Positions 38,740 through 52,566 are shown, numbered from the stretch's first letter. The stretch: 63,679 nucleotides of DNA from Octopus bimaculoides (GCF_001194135.2 NC_069004.1:18702570-18766248); one strand, 5' to 3'. Numbers and translations are program-made. The notes: generated from the sequence alone by a model not told the origin.

Positions 38740-41534
38740 GCATGAACATCATTTTAACATCTACTTTTCCAAGTTTGCGCATGGCTCAGAAAGAATTCGT
38801 TGAGGCAGGTTTTCTGCAGCCAGGTACCCTTCTTGTAGCCTACTTTCATACGTTTCCAAGTTAAGTAATATTTTCCCTTGGTCACTCATGGATGAAGTGT
38901 AAATGAACAGCCTCTGCAAAACTCAGTTTCCACTTGTTATGGTCCATGGACACTGCGATATAAGTAATTCTTTTACTTTTTTATTACTTGCTCTATTTAT
39001 CAAACTATAAAACTCACATTTGGTATAACAGGACTACATGCCCCAGGGAAGAGGGAATTATGTGATTTATTTATCTTATGTGTTTAAGGATTTTGTTACG
39101 TGCAGCCCACCATCAGCAGATTGCTGCTTAAATTTTTATTCAAACTGTCAACTTTGAGCAGGTATGGCCTGTGTGAAACTTGTTTCTTAACCACATGGTT
39201 CAGTCCCACTAGGTGGCACCTTGGCAAGTGTCTTCTGCTAAAGCCCTGAGTTAACCAAAGCCTTGGAAATGGATTTGATAGACGGAAACTGAAAGAAGCC
39301 CATCACAGATGTGTGTGTGTTTTTGTTTTCCACTACCACTTGACAACCAGAGACAGTTTGTTTTCATTCCTGACAAAATGAAGGCGGCAAAATGGCAGAG
39401 TCATTACCACACTGGATAAACTGCTCAGTGGCATTTCGTCCGTCCTTACATTCTGCATTCAAATTCTGTTGAGGTTGACTTTGTCTTTCATCCTGTTGGG
39501 ATTGATAAAGTAAGTGTCAGTTGAACACTGGGGTCAATGTAATCAATTTACCCCTCCCCGTGAAATTAATGGCCTTGTGCCAAAATTTGAAACTAATATT
39601 TGGACTGGAGGTATGTGGCTTAATGGTTAGAGTGTTGGACTCATGATCATAAGATTGAAGTTTCAATCCCTGGACCAGGCCACACATTGTATTCTTGAGC
39701 AAAACATTTTATTCCACATTGCTCCAGTTCACTCAGCTGGCACCAATGAGTATTCCTCTGATGGACTGGCATCCCACAGAAACTAGGAAACCGTCCCTAT
39801 GAATATATATGACACAGGAGGGGGTTTTATCTCTCATTTTTGAGTTCGATATGGCTGGTTTAAATGCTAAAGGATTAATTTACAAGACAAAACCGAAAGA
39901 TTCCATTAGAACAATACCAAAGTTACATTATATGCAACTGTGTGCTTCTAAGAGACACAGTGGAATTAATGCTCAATGCTGTATTAGTGGTTTCAGATTA
40001 TCCCAAGTATAACATCATAACACTATGGCAGAGTATCTGTATCAACAAAAGCTATTTATTTCTTATGTGATCTATTTCTCAGAAAGAACTACTGCAAAAT
40101 TATGAAAGCTTTGTCAATTTGAGCAACCATACAGCTGAGTTTGGAACCAAAGCAGAATGGCAACTTTGCTACTGTGCATGGGAAAGGACCATGCAATGGA
40201 GAGGATGGCTCTGTGGAGGGACTGATTGCTAGAGCCAGCATACAGTACCTGTTTTTTATCTTTTATATGTCTCAATCTTTGAAGTGCAGCCATGTTGGGT
40301 AACCACCTTGAAGGGTTTAGTTGAAAAAAAAAAAAAAATCAACCCCAGCCCTAATCAAACTGAAGAGGATTTGGGTAATCTGCTTATCAATTAGTAATAG
40401 TTATTTAGATGATGGGGTACCAGCTTATAATTTTAAAAATCATCATCATTATCATCATCATCTAGTGTCTCTTTTTCCATGCTGGCATGGGTTGGATGAT
40501 TCGACATGAACAGATTGAGCCAGAGGGCTTCATTGATCTATGTCTGCTTCACTGATCTCCTATGTCAGCTGGATGTCCTTCCTAATGCCTGTCATTTCAG
40601 AGTGTACTGGGTGTCATTTTTTTTTTCTGTGGCACCAGCGCTAACAAGATTCACAAGAACCTGCAAAACAAGCCCCACTCAACAGAACGGAATATAGCAC
40701 TGAGGGATAAGAAAGTAAGATAAAGGGACAGAAGCAGGTTTTTTGCTGAATAGGTTAATACGTAGTCTGCCTGTTGAGAGAAAGAGAGAGGAATAGAAAA
40801 AGTTTAATATGTAGCTAAGTATGTTAGGGTGAGAATAGTGTGACAGATGAATACAGACAGGGAACAACACAGAGAATATCAGTACAGCGGAAGTAAAGGA
40901 AGGAAACATGGTATTGCAGAAAACTGATGGAAGAATGGATATTAGAAGATGAGTTGTGGGGGAAGGCTTGAGAGAAGCTCAATTCTGACAAGCTGGAAGG
41001 ACTTCTGAAGCACAACATCCAGCTGTAAAACAAAACAGCAAAAACATGCCATCCAAATCAATGAAAACTGCTAAATGCATACCATGAGGGTGGTGTGTGC
41101 ATTAGTGGGGCAGTCATATGGAAACATGTGGCCGTATGTGGTGAGGCCTTGTTGGCCCTCATCAAACAAATGCTTGCTTGCAGATAATAGAAAGGGAAAA
41201 AAAAATGTCAAGTAAATTCCCACCAACCTCACCACTAACACCTGAAAACCTTTTGTTTCCGATTCAGTTGCAAAACTTCAGGGGATGTTACTGTGTGATG
41301 AAAAGGTATGTCTGGAGAGAATTATAGAGGCATCAGGGTGGTGGCACGGAGATGTATGCTGTGCAGGGGGCAGGGCTTTAGCAGCCACCACCACCAACCT
41401 TCATTGTCACTATCATCACCATCACCACCACCACCATCAGCACCACCACCACCGTCACCACCACTGTCATTGTCATCACCACCATTATCATATTCAATCC
41501 TTCTCCTCCTCCTCTTCCTCCTCATCATACTCAC

Positions 41535-41667
41535 TACTGAAGTGCAGCATCTTCATCGTTGTTGGCAGCAGTGAGACTCGTAGTAGTAGGCTAAGGAGGA
41601 GGAGCACCAGAGTGAAGCAGTAGCAGTTACCGATGCTGCTGCTGCTCACAGTACACTGCATGTGCAT
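41535..41667 (-). CDS. Candidate first coding exon with a signal-peptide/TM-like hydrophobic stretch (MHMQCTVSSSSIGNCYCFTLVLLLLSLLLRVSLLPTTMKMLHFS)
   Basis: ATG at 41665-41667, open for 44 codons to the donor AGTA|gtgagt (41529-41534); hydrophobic core FTLVLLLLSLLL. Part of the Leu run comes from CTC/CTA triplet repeats, so it may be fortuitous. Confidence 0.25.
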
Positions 41668-41811
41668 TCCTGCAGTGTGTGTTTACTTGCTGCAAGTGAC
41701 CAGCATAGAATAACTGCGTGATGAGTAATGTCAGTTTGTTGTTGCTGTTGTTGTTGTTGTGTGAGTCAGGGGTTCTGGCAGAAGTGAGCTGAGAGATACA
41801 CAGACAATAGA

Positions 41812-41899
41812 AATAAGCTGGGTCTAATACACACACAGACACACATATTGACAATAAGCTGGATCTAATACACACACATACGTGATACTAAGCCAGCTC

Positions 41900-41943
<44 letters not shown>

Positions 41944-41990
41944 TAAGCCAGTTTTAATGTACACATATATACACACAAATAGCTAGCGGA

Positions 41991-42031
<41 letters not shown>

Positions 42032-42450
42032 GCATACACATGTATTTGTACATACATGTATGCATGCATACAAATATACATAGGTGCATACATGTTAAAA
42101 TACTTGCATGCATACACAATTGCAGTCAGATCACACACATGGACTGATAGTAAACTGGATCTAAGGCACATGCACACATATATATGCAGAGTAACACGCG
42201 TTGGTAAGAAGGTGAGTTTCACACAAACAAACATGGTAACAAACAGATGGGACAAAGAAGCAAACATACAAACAAACAAACACACACAAGAATCATGATT
42301 GCAGGGAGCTGGGCCTAACACACACACACACACACACACACAGACGGGTTATATAATAGCAGGAAGCTTGATCTAACACACGCGCGCACGCACACACACA
42401 CACACACACACAGAGGAGGTTTGATAGCAGGGAACTGGTTCTAACACACA
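41812..42450. repeat. Array of 8 AAGCTGG(A/G)TCTAA-like motifs, each followed by (CA)n
   Basis: Motif copies at about 41812, 41853, 41889, 41944, 42151, 42301, 42359 and 42427. Confidence 0.7.
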
Positions 42451-43961
42451 CACACAATGAAACAAACTCTGGATCAAAGTGTGTCTTAAGTCAAACTCTC
42501 AGAGACCAAATTCAGTTCCATTATTTTAACACTCTGTTAGAGCAGTGTTTCTCAATCACTTTTTTTTTTATGGACCTCATAGACTCTTATTTTATTCAGG
42601 TGAACCCTCTTAGTCATTCAATGTTTAAAAAAATCCTGTTATATTTTTATAGTCAAATATTTTTAGGAATTGTATTTTAAAAAATCGTCAAAATATTTTG
42701 TGCATTGTAGAAGTACAACCAATTTATTGCACAGCAAAATCTCACATGGAACCCAAAGGACCATATGGACCTCGGTTGAGAACCACTGGTCTTGAAGATC
42801 TCAATACCTGGGACAATACAAGTCTGTCAGATATTCTGATTTAAAAGAATAGCTGTGTAGGGAATATAGGAAAATATCAAAGCAAACCTTCTTCATCTTT
42901 TTTTTTTCCTAACATAGGTGCAGGTATGGCAGTGAGGTTAAGAAACATGTTTTGCAACCAAATGGTTTAGGTTCAAACCCAGTGTACAGCATCTTGGGAG
43001 CCTCTGTGTGTGCGTGTATACACATGCCTGTCAGTCTGTATCTATATGTTGTTTCAGTCAAGCCAGTCTCCTGCTGCTTTGAGTAGATCTGGCAGGTGGA
43101 AACTGAAGGAAGCCTACTGTGTGTGTGTGTGTATACAACAGGCTTCTTTGAGTTTCCTGCCTAACAAATCCACTCACAAGGGTTGGCCCAAGACTACAGC
43201 AGAAGACACACATACCCAAGGTGCAGTGGTATGGAACTGAACCTAAGACCACATGGTTGAGAAGCAATCTTATCACATAGCCATGCTGACACATTACCAT
43301 CACCACCACCAAGGATGTAGTGTCTTTGTGTGTGTGTATGTGTGTGTGTGTGTGTGTGTGTGCGTGCGTGTATGCACACACACACATCCACAGACATTAA
43401 GTGTGGGAGAGAAAGATAAGTAGGTAAATGGAATTGAGAGACGTACTAAAGGGGGGGAGAGGCAGAAAGTAAATATAGATACCAGATAGTTAGAGAGACA
43501 GATTGACAGACAGACATACATGTAGGAAAATAGCTGTGAATGTTGAACTTGCAAAGTAATATTCACAAATGTAAACAAACCTAAGAAAGAGATGGATTGT
43601 AGTAGGAGGGGGCTGGTAGGAGTAAGTGAGATGGTGCTAGTAGCAGTGGTGTTAGAGGAGAAGGCAGAGATGGTTATGTTTAAGGGTAGGAGTGATTGGG
43701 AAAGAGAGAAAGAGTGGGGAGAGAGAGTGGCAGGCTGAGAGAGGGCTCTATGTTGGAACAGACAACATGAAGTGTGCGTGCATGTGTGTGCGTGTGGAAG
43801 GGGTTGCAACGATGTCTGAGTGAAGCACCTTCTTCATAGCACTATCACTTTCACTATCACACAGAGTGGAAGGACAACCAGCTCATTCATAACAATGACC
43901 TCCACATAAACATGTATTACACATAATCTGTCTGGATCATGTCACACTTGATTATTTACAA

Positions 43962-43992
<31 letters not shown>

Positions 43993-44149
43993 NNNNNNNN
44001 NNNNNNNNNNNNNNNNNNNNNNNNTATAAAATTATAAACATTTTATAATTATAAAAGTTTTACCGATAATGGGTTTTTTTGCATACCGAATTCCTTGGCA
44101 AAATTGTTAATTATTAATTTATATTAATTAATTGACAATTCCCTGCCCT

Positions 44150-44167
44150 CTATCTATCTATCTATCT

Positions 44168-44212
<45 letters not shown>

Positions 44213-44370
44213 TGGTCATATGCATATTTATATACACATACATGCATAGGTATACATAGATACATGCATACACATGCATGTATGTTTACTATGTAGACAT
44301 GCATACGTATATGTATATATACACATGCATACATATACTTACACATATATATATATGCATATACATACAC

Positions 44371-44401
<31 letters not shown>

Positions 44402-44462
44402 CATACATGCATACACATACATACATATACAAGCATACATATACATACATACATACACACAT

Positions 44463-44495
<33 letters not shown>

Positions 44496-44620
44496 TATGC
44501 TAGTGATGATGGTGGTGGTGAGGAATAGAAAGATTGCAAGGTTGCGGGGTGGTGGGGAAGGATAAAGTGATTGGTATGGTGATGATGATGATGATGGTGG
44601 TAGTGGTAGTGGCAGTAGAA
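44150..44620. repeat. (TA)n/(TACA)n block followed by a (GAT/GGT/GTA)n tract
   Basis: Directly visible. Confidence 0.95.
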
Positions 44621-45129
44621 GTCATAGTGACAGTGGTAGTGCAGAAGTGGCAGGATGGAATCAACTGACACATCTTCCTTCATCCTTCCTGCACCACTTC
44701 GATATTCTGAAAGTGTAAGTGAAAGTAGAAAAAAACACAGGAAGAACACTCCCCACACCCCACATCCCTAACCCCAATCCGCACCTAAGTCATAAAAAAT
44801 AAAATGAACTGGAAGATAGTAGGAATGGCAATGTCATCCAAAGGTAGAGTTGGTGATGTCGGGTGGTGAATCAGAAAAAAAGTCTTATATCAGGAGGAGG
44901 AGGAGGAGGAGAACAATGATGATGAGGACAATGACAGACTGACTGCTCTGAAACTTCTGCACAAAAAAAAAAAAGTTAATTAGCTGTGATTAGTTTGAAT
45001 TAAGTTACTTAGAGTTTTAATTAGTTGAATGGTTGGTTGAGGTAGTTGACACCTCTCAATTGCAGTCAGCAGTACTTTATATTCCAGGGACAAAATGAAA
45101 CAATATGGTTTTGTGTGTGTGCGTGTGTG

Positions 45130-45553
45130 TATTTTGTTTTTGTATTTGGTTTGCAAGATTCTTTATGTGGATTTGTGTGTTGAAACATATTTTATTGTGT
45201 CTTAGGAGAGTCATTCTCTTTTTATGCCTTATTAATTTAACACACTCACTGGTCTGATTTCCACTCATTCACTTATTTATTTCTAAAATTTTTGTTGCGT
45301 TTCGCAACTTTTTCAATGGTTGTTGCCTCTGACCATTGTCCGATAACGGATAAAGTCAACAACTATTGAAAAGGTTGCAAGACACAATGAAAAATTTTAG
45401 AAAAATAAAAGTAAATGAGTGGAAATCAGACCAGTGAGTGTGTTAAATTAGTAAGACATTAAAAGAGAATGACTCTTCTTAGACGCAATAAAATATGTTT
45501 CAACACACAAATTCACATAAAGAATCTTGCAAACCGAATACAAAAACCAAATA
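45130..45553. repeat. ~420-bp imperfect fold-back element
   Basis: Left arm about 45130-45328 is the reverse complement of about 45354-45553 (e.g. TTTGCAAGATTCTTTATGTG / CACATAAAGAATCTTGCAAA) with scattered mismatches. Central mini-hairpin TGTCCG-ATAA-CGGATA. Confidence 0.9.
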
Positions 45554-45784
45554 TATATACTCTTATTCTTTACTCTTTTACTTGTTTCAGTCATTTGACT
45601 GCGGCCATTCTGGAGCACCACCTTTAGTCGAGCAAATCGACCCTAGGACTTATTCTTTGTAAGCCTAGTACTTATTCTATCGGTCTCTTTTACCGAACCG
45701 CTAAGTTACGGGGACGTAAACATACTAGCATCGGTTGTCAAGTGAAGTTGGGGTGGGGGGACAAACACAGACACACAAACATAT

Positions 45785-45821
<37 letters not shown>

Positions 45822-46699
45822 NNNNNNNNNNNNNNNNNNNNNNNNNNNNNNNNNNNNNNNNNNNNNNNNNNNNNNNNNNNNNNNNNNNNNNNNNNNNNNN
45901 NNNNNNNNNNNNNNNNNNNNNNNNNNNNNNNNNNNNNNNNNNNNNNNNNNNNNNNNNNNNNNNNNNNNNNNNNNNNNNNNNNNNNNNNNNNNNNNNNNNN
46001 NNNNAAGACACTTGCCCAAGGTGCCATGCAGTGGGACTGAACCCAGAACTATGTGGTTGGTAAGCAACCTACTTACCACACAACATGTGTGTGTGTGCGT
46101 GCGTGTGTGTGTGTGTGTGTGATTGCAACTGTACTGTGCAATGAACAGTAACCTGAAACTGAGAAAAAGCTTTAATAAAAAGTATATATATATATATATA
46201 TTCTTTTATTCTTTTATTCTTTTATTCGTTTCAGTCATTTGACTGCAGCCATGCAAGAGCACCGCCTTTAGTTGAACAAATCGACCCCAGGAATTATTCT
46301 TTTGCTAAGCCATTAAGTTACAGGGACGTAAACATTGGTTGTCGAGCAATGGTGGTGAGACATGCACTGATACACATATACATACATACATATATACATA
46401 TGTGTGTATGTATGGATATATATGACGGGCTTCTTTCAGTTTCTGTCTACCAAATCCACTCACAAGGCTATAGAAGAAGACACCTCCTTAAGGTGCCATG
46501 CAGTGGGACTGAACCTGGAACCATGCGGTTGGGAAGCAAGCTTCTTACCACACAGATATGCCCATGCATAAAAACTTAAAGTTTCATGGTTACAATAAAA
46601 AATGACCAACTCTTTAGGTATCTGGAAAAGAGTGGAGAGAAAACAAGATGGCTTCTTTCTTACAAGGAAAGCTTAACCCCAGTCTGTCAGTAGAGGACA

Positions 46700-47830
46700 C
46701 ATTTTTGCAGTAATAAACTCAGTGACAACAGAACAAACATTTCATGTGGGATATTACTGCTGCGTAGTCAATGAAGTGTGGTATTTGGTACATCAGTGAA
46801 TATTGCTGCTAAAGGCATGGGGTGGTACAGAAAGAGTTTAACGTCTGATGGTCAGTTATGGTCAAGCAAATGTAGTGATATCTTAGTGATAACAGATGAA
46901 TGCCATTGAGATGCAAGAATTGGGGACAAATATAAGTACAGCTTAGTCTAGGGTGGTATAACAAGGTGGATAATGTTTTGAAATACATCAAAATTGTATA
47001 TCTTTTATGACAAAAATATGAAATGCCATTCATTTTTTTTTTTATTGATGAATATTGCATGTTGTTGGAACATGAGCAGCCCTTCCTGGAAGCAGAGATG
47101 ACAATTGCAAGTGCTGGGTGAATAAGGTAAGGTCCTGCCAAGTATATTCCAATTGATGTTGGGTGAGGTGTTGCTGTAGTTACAGAGTTTCCAGATGAAG
47201 CAAGAAAAGGTGGTAGCATTTTCCTGTCTTTACATTTGAGGGAATGCATATGCTGTAAGTATCTTCCCTTGAAGTCACTGATATAACAAGTAGTTCCTTG
47301 TTATATCATCAGGTAGTGTGAGGGGTAGCTCTATAGGCTACAGCTTTCAAGGGGCAGAATTCTCCCAGTGGACAGCTGGTAGGATTTTGAAAGTTGCAGG
47401 TGGGAGGGTGGGATGGAGATTGTGCAGATGTGTGTTTGCTGCTGTTATAGTGTGCAATGTTAGAGGCAATGTTATCTAAATATGAATAGCTGACCATAAC
47501 ATCATAGGATTTAGAAAGTTTATATCTATGAAAACAAGGAAAATGTTGTCCATGTTCAGAAAGCTCTTGGCCAGATTGGTAGAAACATCTTAGTTGAATG
47601 GAGGATTATACCAGATAACCTTTCTTTTTCTAACTCTCTTATGGTTTGAAGATGCAGGTGAGGTATCCTCTATGTATAGCAACTTATCTGTAAGGCCACT
47701 CTTCATTATAATGGGGTGCTGCTATGTCAAAGATCTCTCTATCAGATGAATGGTTAAAGATTTCAATAACAGCTGGTGGTTAGAATGTTTATGAATGTAA
47801 ACTGCTTCTTCATTAGGTTTTCTGTAGTGT
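46700..47830 (-). mobile_element. Degraded Penelope-like element (RT thumb to GIY-YIG endonuclease)
   Basis: Minus-strand VYIHKHSNH, SSDREIFDIAAPHYNE, VSYSYLDNIASNIAHYN and TCNFQNPTSCPLGEFCPLKAVAYRAT match Penelope motifs (SYSC..N..SII..HN; CNC....CPL.G.C....VVY.A). Confidence 0.8.
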
Positions 47831-48954
47831 TTGGCATTTATCTGTCTTGAAGTCTAGGGTAACATCCATTAAGTTTACCTTTGCTAAGCTGGTAGTGACA
47901 GTTATAGATAAGCTGGACACTTTTGAAGATGACAATGAGATTCTTCCCAAACTCATCAATGTTAAGGCCACTCATATGAACAAGCATGGTTGTTTGGTTA
48001 AAAAGCTTGCACCACAACCTCATGGTTCGAGTTTCAACCCCACTGTGTGGCACTTTGAGTAAATGTCTTCCACCAGAGCACTAAACTGAGCAAAGCGCTA
48101 TGAGTGGATTTGGAAGACAAAAACAAAAAGAAGCTCATCTTACCAAATTTAGGCTTTGGTCTACTTTATTTTATCAACTCCAGAAAGATAAAATGAAAGT
48201 TAATCCTGATGGGATTTGAACTCAGAATGTAGAGCTGAAAGAAATACAGCAAGATATCTCGTCCAACTCTAATGATTCTGTAATGATTCAGCAAAACCAC
48301 CATTTTTATAATAATCTTTTCTGTTATAGGCACAATGTCTGAAATGTTGAGGCAGTGGGTAGTCAATTACATTGACCCCTGTGCTCTACTGATAATTATT
48401 TCATCGACCCCAAAAAGATGAAAATCAAAGTCAACCTCAGTAGAATTTGAACTCAGAATGTAAAGACAGATGAACTGGTACAGTTCTATATTTAAGAGAG
48501 AGGAATTATGTATATTATTTACATTTGATGGATCAATCAATTATATTGACCTCAGTATTCCACTGGTATTTAATTCATTGACCCCGAAAGGATGAAAAGC
48601 CAAGTCAAGATGAGGACAAATATCCATCAAATGTAAATAATGTAAATAATATAAATAATGTAGATGAAATGGTGTTAAGCATTTTGCCCAGCATGCTAAT
48701 GATTTTGCTAGTTCACCTACCTAACGATAATGAAAATAATTCTTTCTACTAAAGGCACAAGGCCTGTATTTGGTGGTGGGGGGGATCAATCGATTATATC
48801 AACCTCAGTGTTTCATTGATACTTAATTCACTGACCCCCGAAAGAATGAAAAGCCAAGTCAACCTCGGCAAAATTTGAACTCAGAATGTAAAGTCGGACA
48901 AAATTCGGCTAAGCATTTTGCCCAGCATGCTAACGTTTCTGCCAGCTCACCACC

Positions 48955-49003
<49 letters not shown>

Positions 49004-49688
49004 TAATAATAATGATAATGATAATATCATCAATTCATAAATCAGACAGCAGGCTATAAAGTTACAAAAGAAGAGGTGGTGGTTATGTGAGGATGTTCAT
49101 GCCCTTCTGAAGAACACAATGTGATTGGGGGGGGGAGTTTCAGATCACAGCAAGAATTGAAACCAGGTCAGAGGTATTGAAGTTTTCCAAGACAGACATG
49201 GAGAGGGGGAAGAAAGGGAAATGGGTTACAAAAACAAAACAAAACAAAACAAAAACAAATAAGGGTTAATTCACACAGCAATAGGGGGTAGAGTTTTTTA
49301 ATCATAGATGCCAATAACTGGGAAGGTGTGTGTGTGTGGAGAGGGCCATGGGATAGAGAAGAGTGATGATGATGATGATGATGGTGGTAGTGAGAGATGG
49401 AGAGATATGTGAGGGTAGCAAGTGAGAGGGAGTGACATAAGGAGTGGGGGAGGGGGAGATTACATACACCACACAGATGTAAATAGAAGATAGGTGGAGG
49501 GGGATATGTAAGGGTTAGAAAGAGAAAGAGAGAGAGAGAGAGAGAGAGTTAGGAGGGGAGAGTAAAGAGAAGGAGAGTAAGGGGAGAGAAAGTGTATTAT
49601 TAGAAAAGTGAGTCATTCAGAAGATTTAACAACATAGTAGTAGGGGGTGAGGGTGGGTGGTTGTAGAGTGTTTATAGAAGTAGTAGTG

Positions 49689-49722
<34 letters not shown>

Positions 49723-49786
49723 CAGTGGTGGCAGCAGTGGTATTAGTTGTAGTAACAAGCTTATAGGGTAGTGATATTGGTGGTGG

Positions 49787-49826
<40 letters not shown>

Positions 49827-51729
49827 ATTTGATTCAATAAAATTCTTCCTGTGAGTCCCACTTAAAAAAGGACGAGATAAAAAGAGACACAGAAGTGAGG
49901 AAAGGTGGAACAGGGGAAAGACACACATACACAGAGCATGATAGAAGAAGTGGTATAAGAATGTCATGGAAGAGAGAGAGAGAGAGAGAAGAAGAATCGC
50001 ATGAAGGTTAAGGTTGGATGGGTCATATGCAAAGCCCCCCTCTAATGTTTTGCAGTGGGTGTGCACAGAAAGTTGTTTGTGTGCAACTTTTCGTTTTCAT
50101 TGCAAAGTATGTGCACATCCACGTACATAAGTACCACTCAAGCACCCTATTGACCATCTAAGCATACCATTCTTAGAATTCATTAGGACATTATGTGATT
50201 AATTAATTTCTTCAATTAAAATAATTTCATTTTATCTTGCAAACCTAGTGTGTGATCGTGTATTTCCTCTCTACGTGTTGTAAAACCTGTGCGTGTGTGT
50301 GTGTGTGTGTGTGTGCGTGCGTGTGTGTGTCTGTGTGTGTGCAAGAACGGTTTGGCCTGTTAGCATTTGAACTAGCCATATCCAGCCAAAATATCCTCCC
50401 TGTTCAATGTTCAAAATGGCTAGATCCGGCCTCTCACACCGATGCTACAATGTCATTCTCAAAATGAACAATCACATCATAGACGTCTTGAAGCTGTGAG
50501 ATAATGCATGATTGATTCAAAAGGTTGAGTACAAGTAAGAATTACATTTGACAGGGTAATCTGAATGTGGAAGGGTGAAAGGAAACATTGGTGAGAGAAG
50601 AAAGTCAAAGTAAAGAGAGAGGGATCATTAGAATGAGAGATGGACAAGTCAGAGTATTGAGGCGGGGGGGGGGGGCAGCTTGTGATGTTGTCTTAGGGAA
50701 ATAGGGGAACCTTAAGATTGGTGGATAAGAAAGGCAAACATCAGAAAGGGAGTCATAAGGGTCATAATTAGAAAGGTCTGAAGAGAAATCAAAGGAGAGA
50801 AGAGGAAAAAAAAAAAGCAGTCATAAAAAAGGAGAGAAAGAGAAAAGAGAGAGGCGAGGAGGTGGGGGGGTTCTTAAGAAAATGGTGAAGTAGAAAATAA
50901 AGAGAAGTTATGTAACGATAAACTGGAATGTGAGAATGTAAGAGGGTGAAGAGATAGAAATAAAGGAAGAGGAGAACCTATTAGGACCACCACCACCACC
51001 ACCACTACCACCACAGCCATCGCCATCACTGTAACTGAGCTAGCAATGGAACCTCTAGGCGGACATTCACCTGACTGGAAATAACAGCAAAATCTCACTC
51101 CACAAACCACACACAACTGTTTTAAACCTAGAAAAGACTCAGTGAATAAAGTGGTGGTACTACTGCAGCTACTATTACTGCTGCGCCATACCTTCAAATC
51201 CTACAAAATGGTCACTTTTGAGATATCTTTGATTATAAGTCTGTACGATCAGGGGTTAATTTGAAGGATCACCACCATCACCACTACTGCCACTATCGTT
51301 GTCATCATCATCATCATCATCATCATTCCTTCCACTACTACCACCAACACCACCATTCTCATTGTTTTCCTCACTACAACCACTGCCAAAAAAGGTGCCA
51401 TACATACGGCTAAAACTTTCACCATCATCATCATCTTCAAATGTTAGAATGTATGGGAGAAGGGGAGGAAATTACAGCTCTTCCCTAACACAAACACATA
51501 CACACAGGTACACACAAACATGCACACAACAGCAAACTTCGTTTTCTTTCCCATTTCTTTGGATCCATCTCATTGTGCATTTCCACTGAAGGCTTGTTGT
51601 TGTTGTTGCTGTCTTTGAAGTGTTCCCTATCAAATAACTGGGGGATTCCATTCTCAGCTTGGCAGGGGTTGATAGAGTTATGGGTAGGACGGAACAATGG
51701 TGAAGGTAGTCAGAGTAGTTAGATAAAGC

Positions 51730-51995
51730 TGGTGGTGGTGGTGGTGATGCTAACTATGGTGGTGGTTGTGGTAGTGATGGTGGTGGTGGTGGTGGTGGTG
51801 TTAGCAGCGGTGGTAGTGATGGTGGTGGTGGTAGCAGTGGTAGTAGTGATGGTGGTAATGGTGTTAGCAGCGATGGTAGTGATGGTGGTGGTGGTGGTGG
51901 TGATGTTAGAAATTGTGGTGGTGGTAATTGTGTTAGTAGTGTGGTAGTGATGGTGGTAATGTTAATGACAGTGGTAGTAGCCACGACAGTGGTAG
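51730..51995. repeat. (GGT)n/(AGT)n cryptic trinucleotide repeat
   Basis: Directly visible; explains the poly-V/poly-P ORFs. Confidence 0.96.
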
Positions 51996-52522
51996 TTGTA
52001 CAGGGGTGTCCTGGACAACAACCAAGCTATCCAAAACGTCTTTTATTCAAGACAGTGAGATGTGGTTTAGCTGCTATTTCTAACATGTTGAACAGTAGAT
52101 ATAACAGTATTGGCTACAGTAGTAGTAGTGGTAATCGCATAGGTGGTGAGGAGGTAGTAGTAATGAATGTAGGGGTGGCAGCAGTGTAGTGATAATCATG
52201 CAGTTGTTGTCAATTAACCCTTAGTCAACCTTGACAGAGCATATCTATAAGCAAAAACGTTCCAGCCATGACCATCCCATCTGTATTTCAATGAACAGGG
52301 AATCCAGAACATAATCCAGCATGTTTTTTGGTTTTGCTTTGCTTTTTTTTTTATCGAAGGCAGTGGAAGTGTGATCTGAGCATTATTTTGCTGCTGTTTC
52401 CAGCAAGCCAAGTGACTGCATAGGGGCTTCTACTTTGTCTCATGAAGATGGCGGCAGTGGTGATGTTGGCACAAAGCACATGCATGTATGCATGCATGTG
52501 TGTGCGTGTGTGTGTGTGTGTG

Positions 52523-52566
<44 letters not shown>

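Noticed and set aside
40081-40230. Plus-strand open segment after tttctcag (KELLQNYESF...)
   Set aside because: No donor before the stop, unrecognised peptide, and no other plus-strand exons to join.
40700-41022. Strong minus-strand acceptor at about 41023 with downstream ORF
   Set aside because: No good donor and an early stop in the best frame; the sequence looks like decayed retroelement.
41285-41623. His-rich 112-aa plus-strand ORF
   Set aside because: Driven by (CAC/CAT)n and (TCC)n repeats; no splice or domain support.
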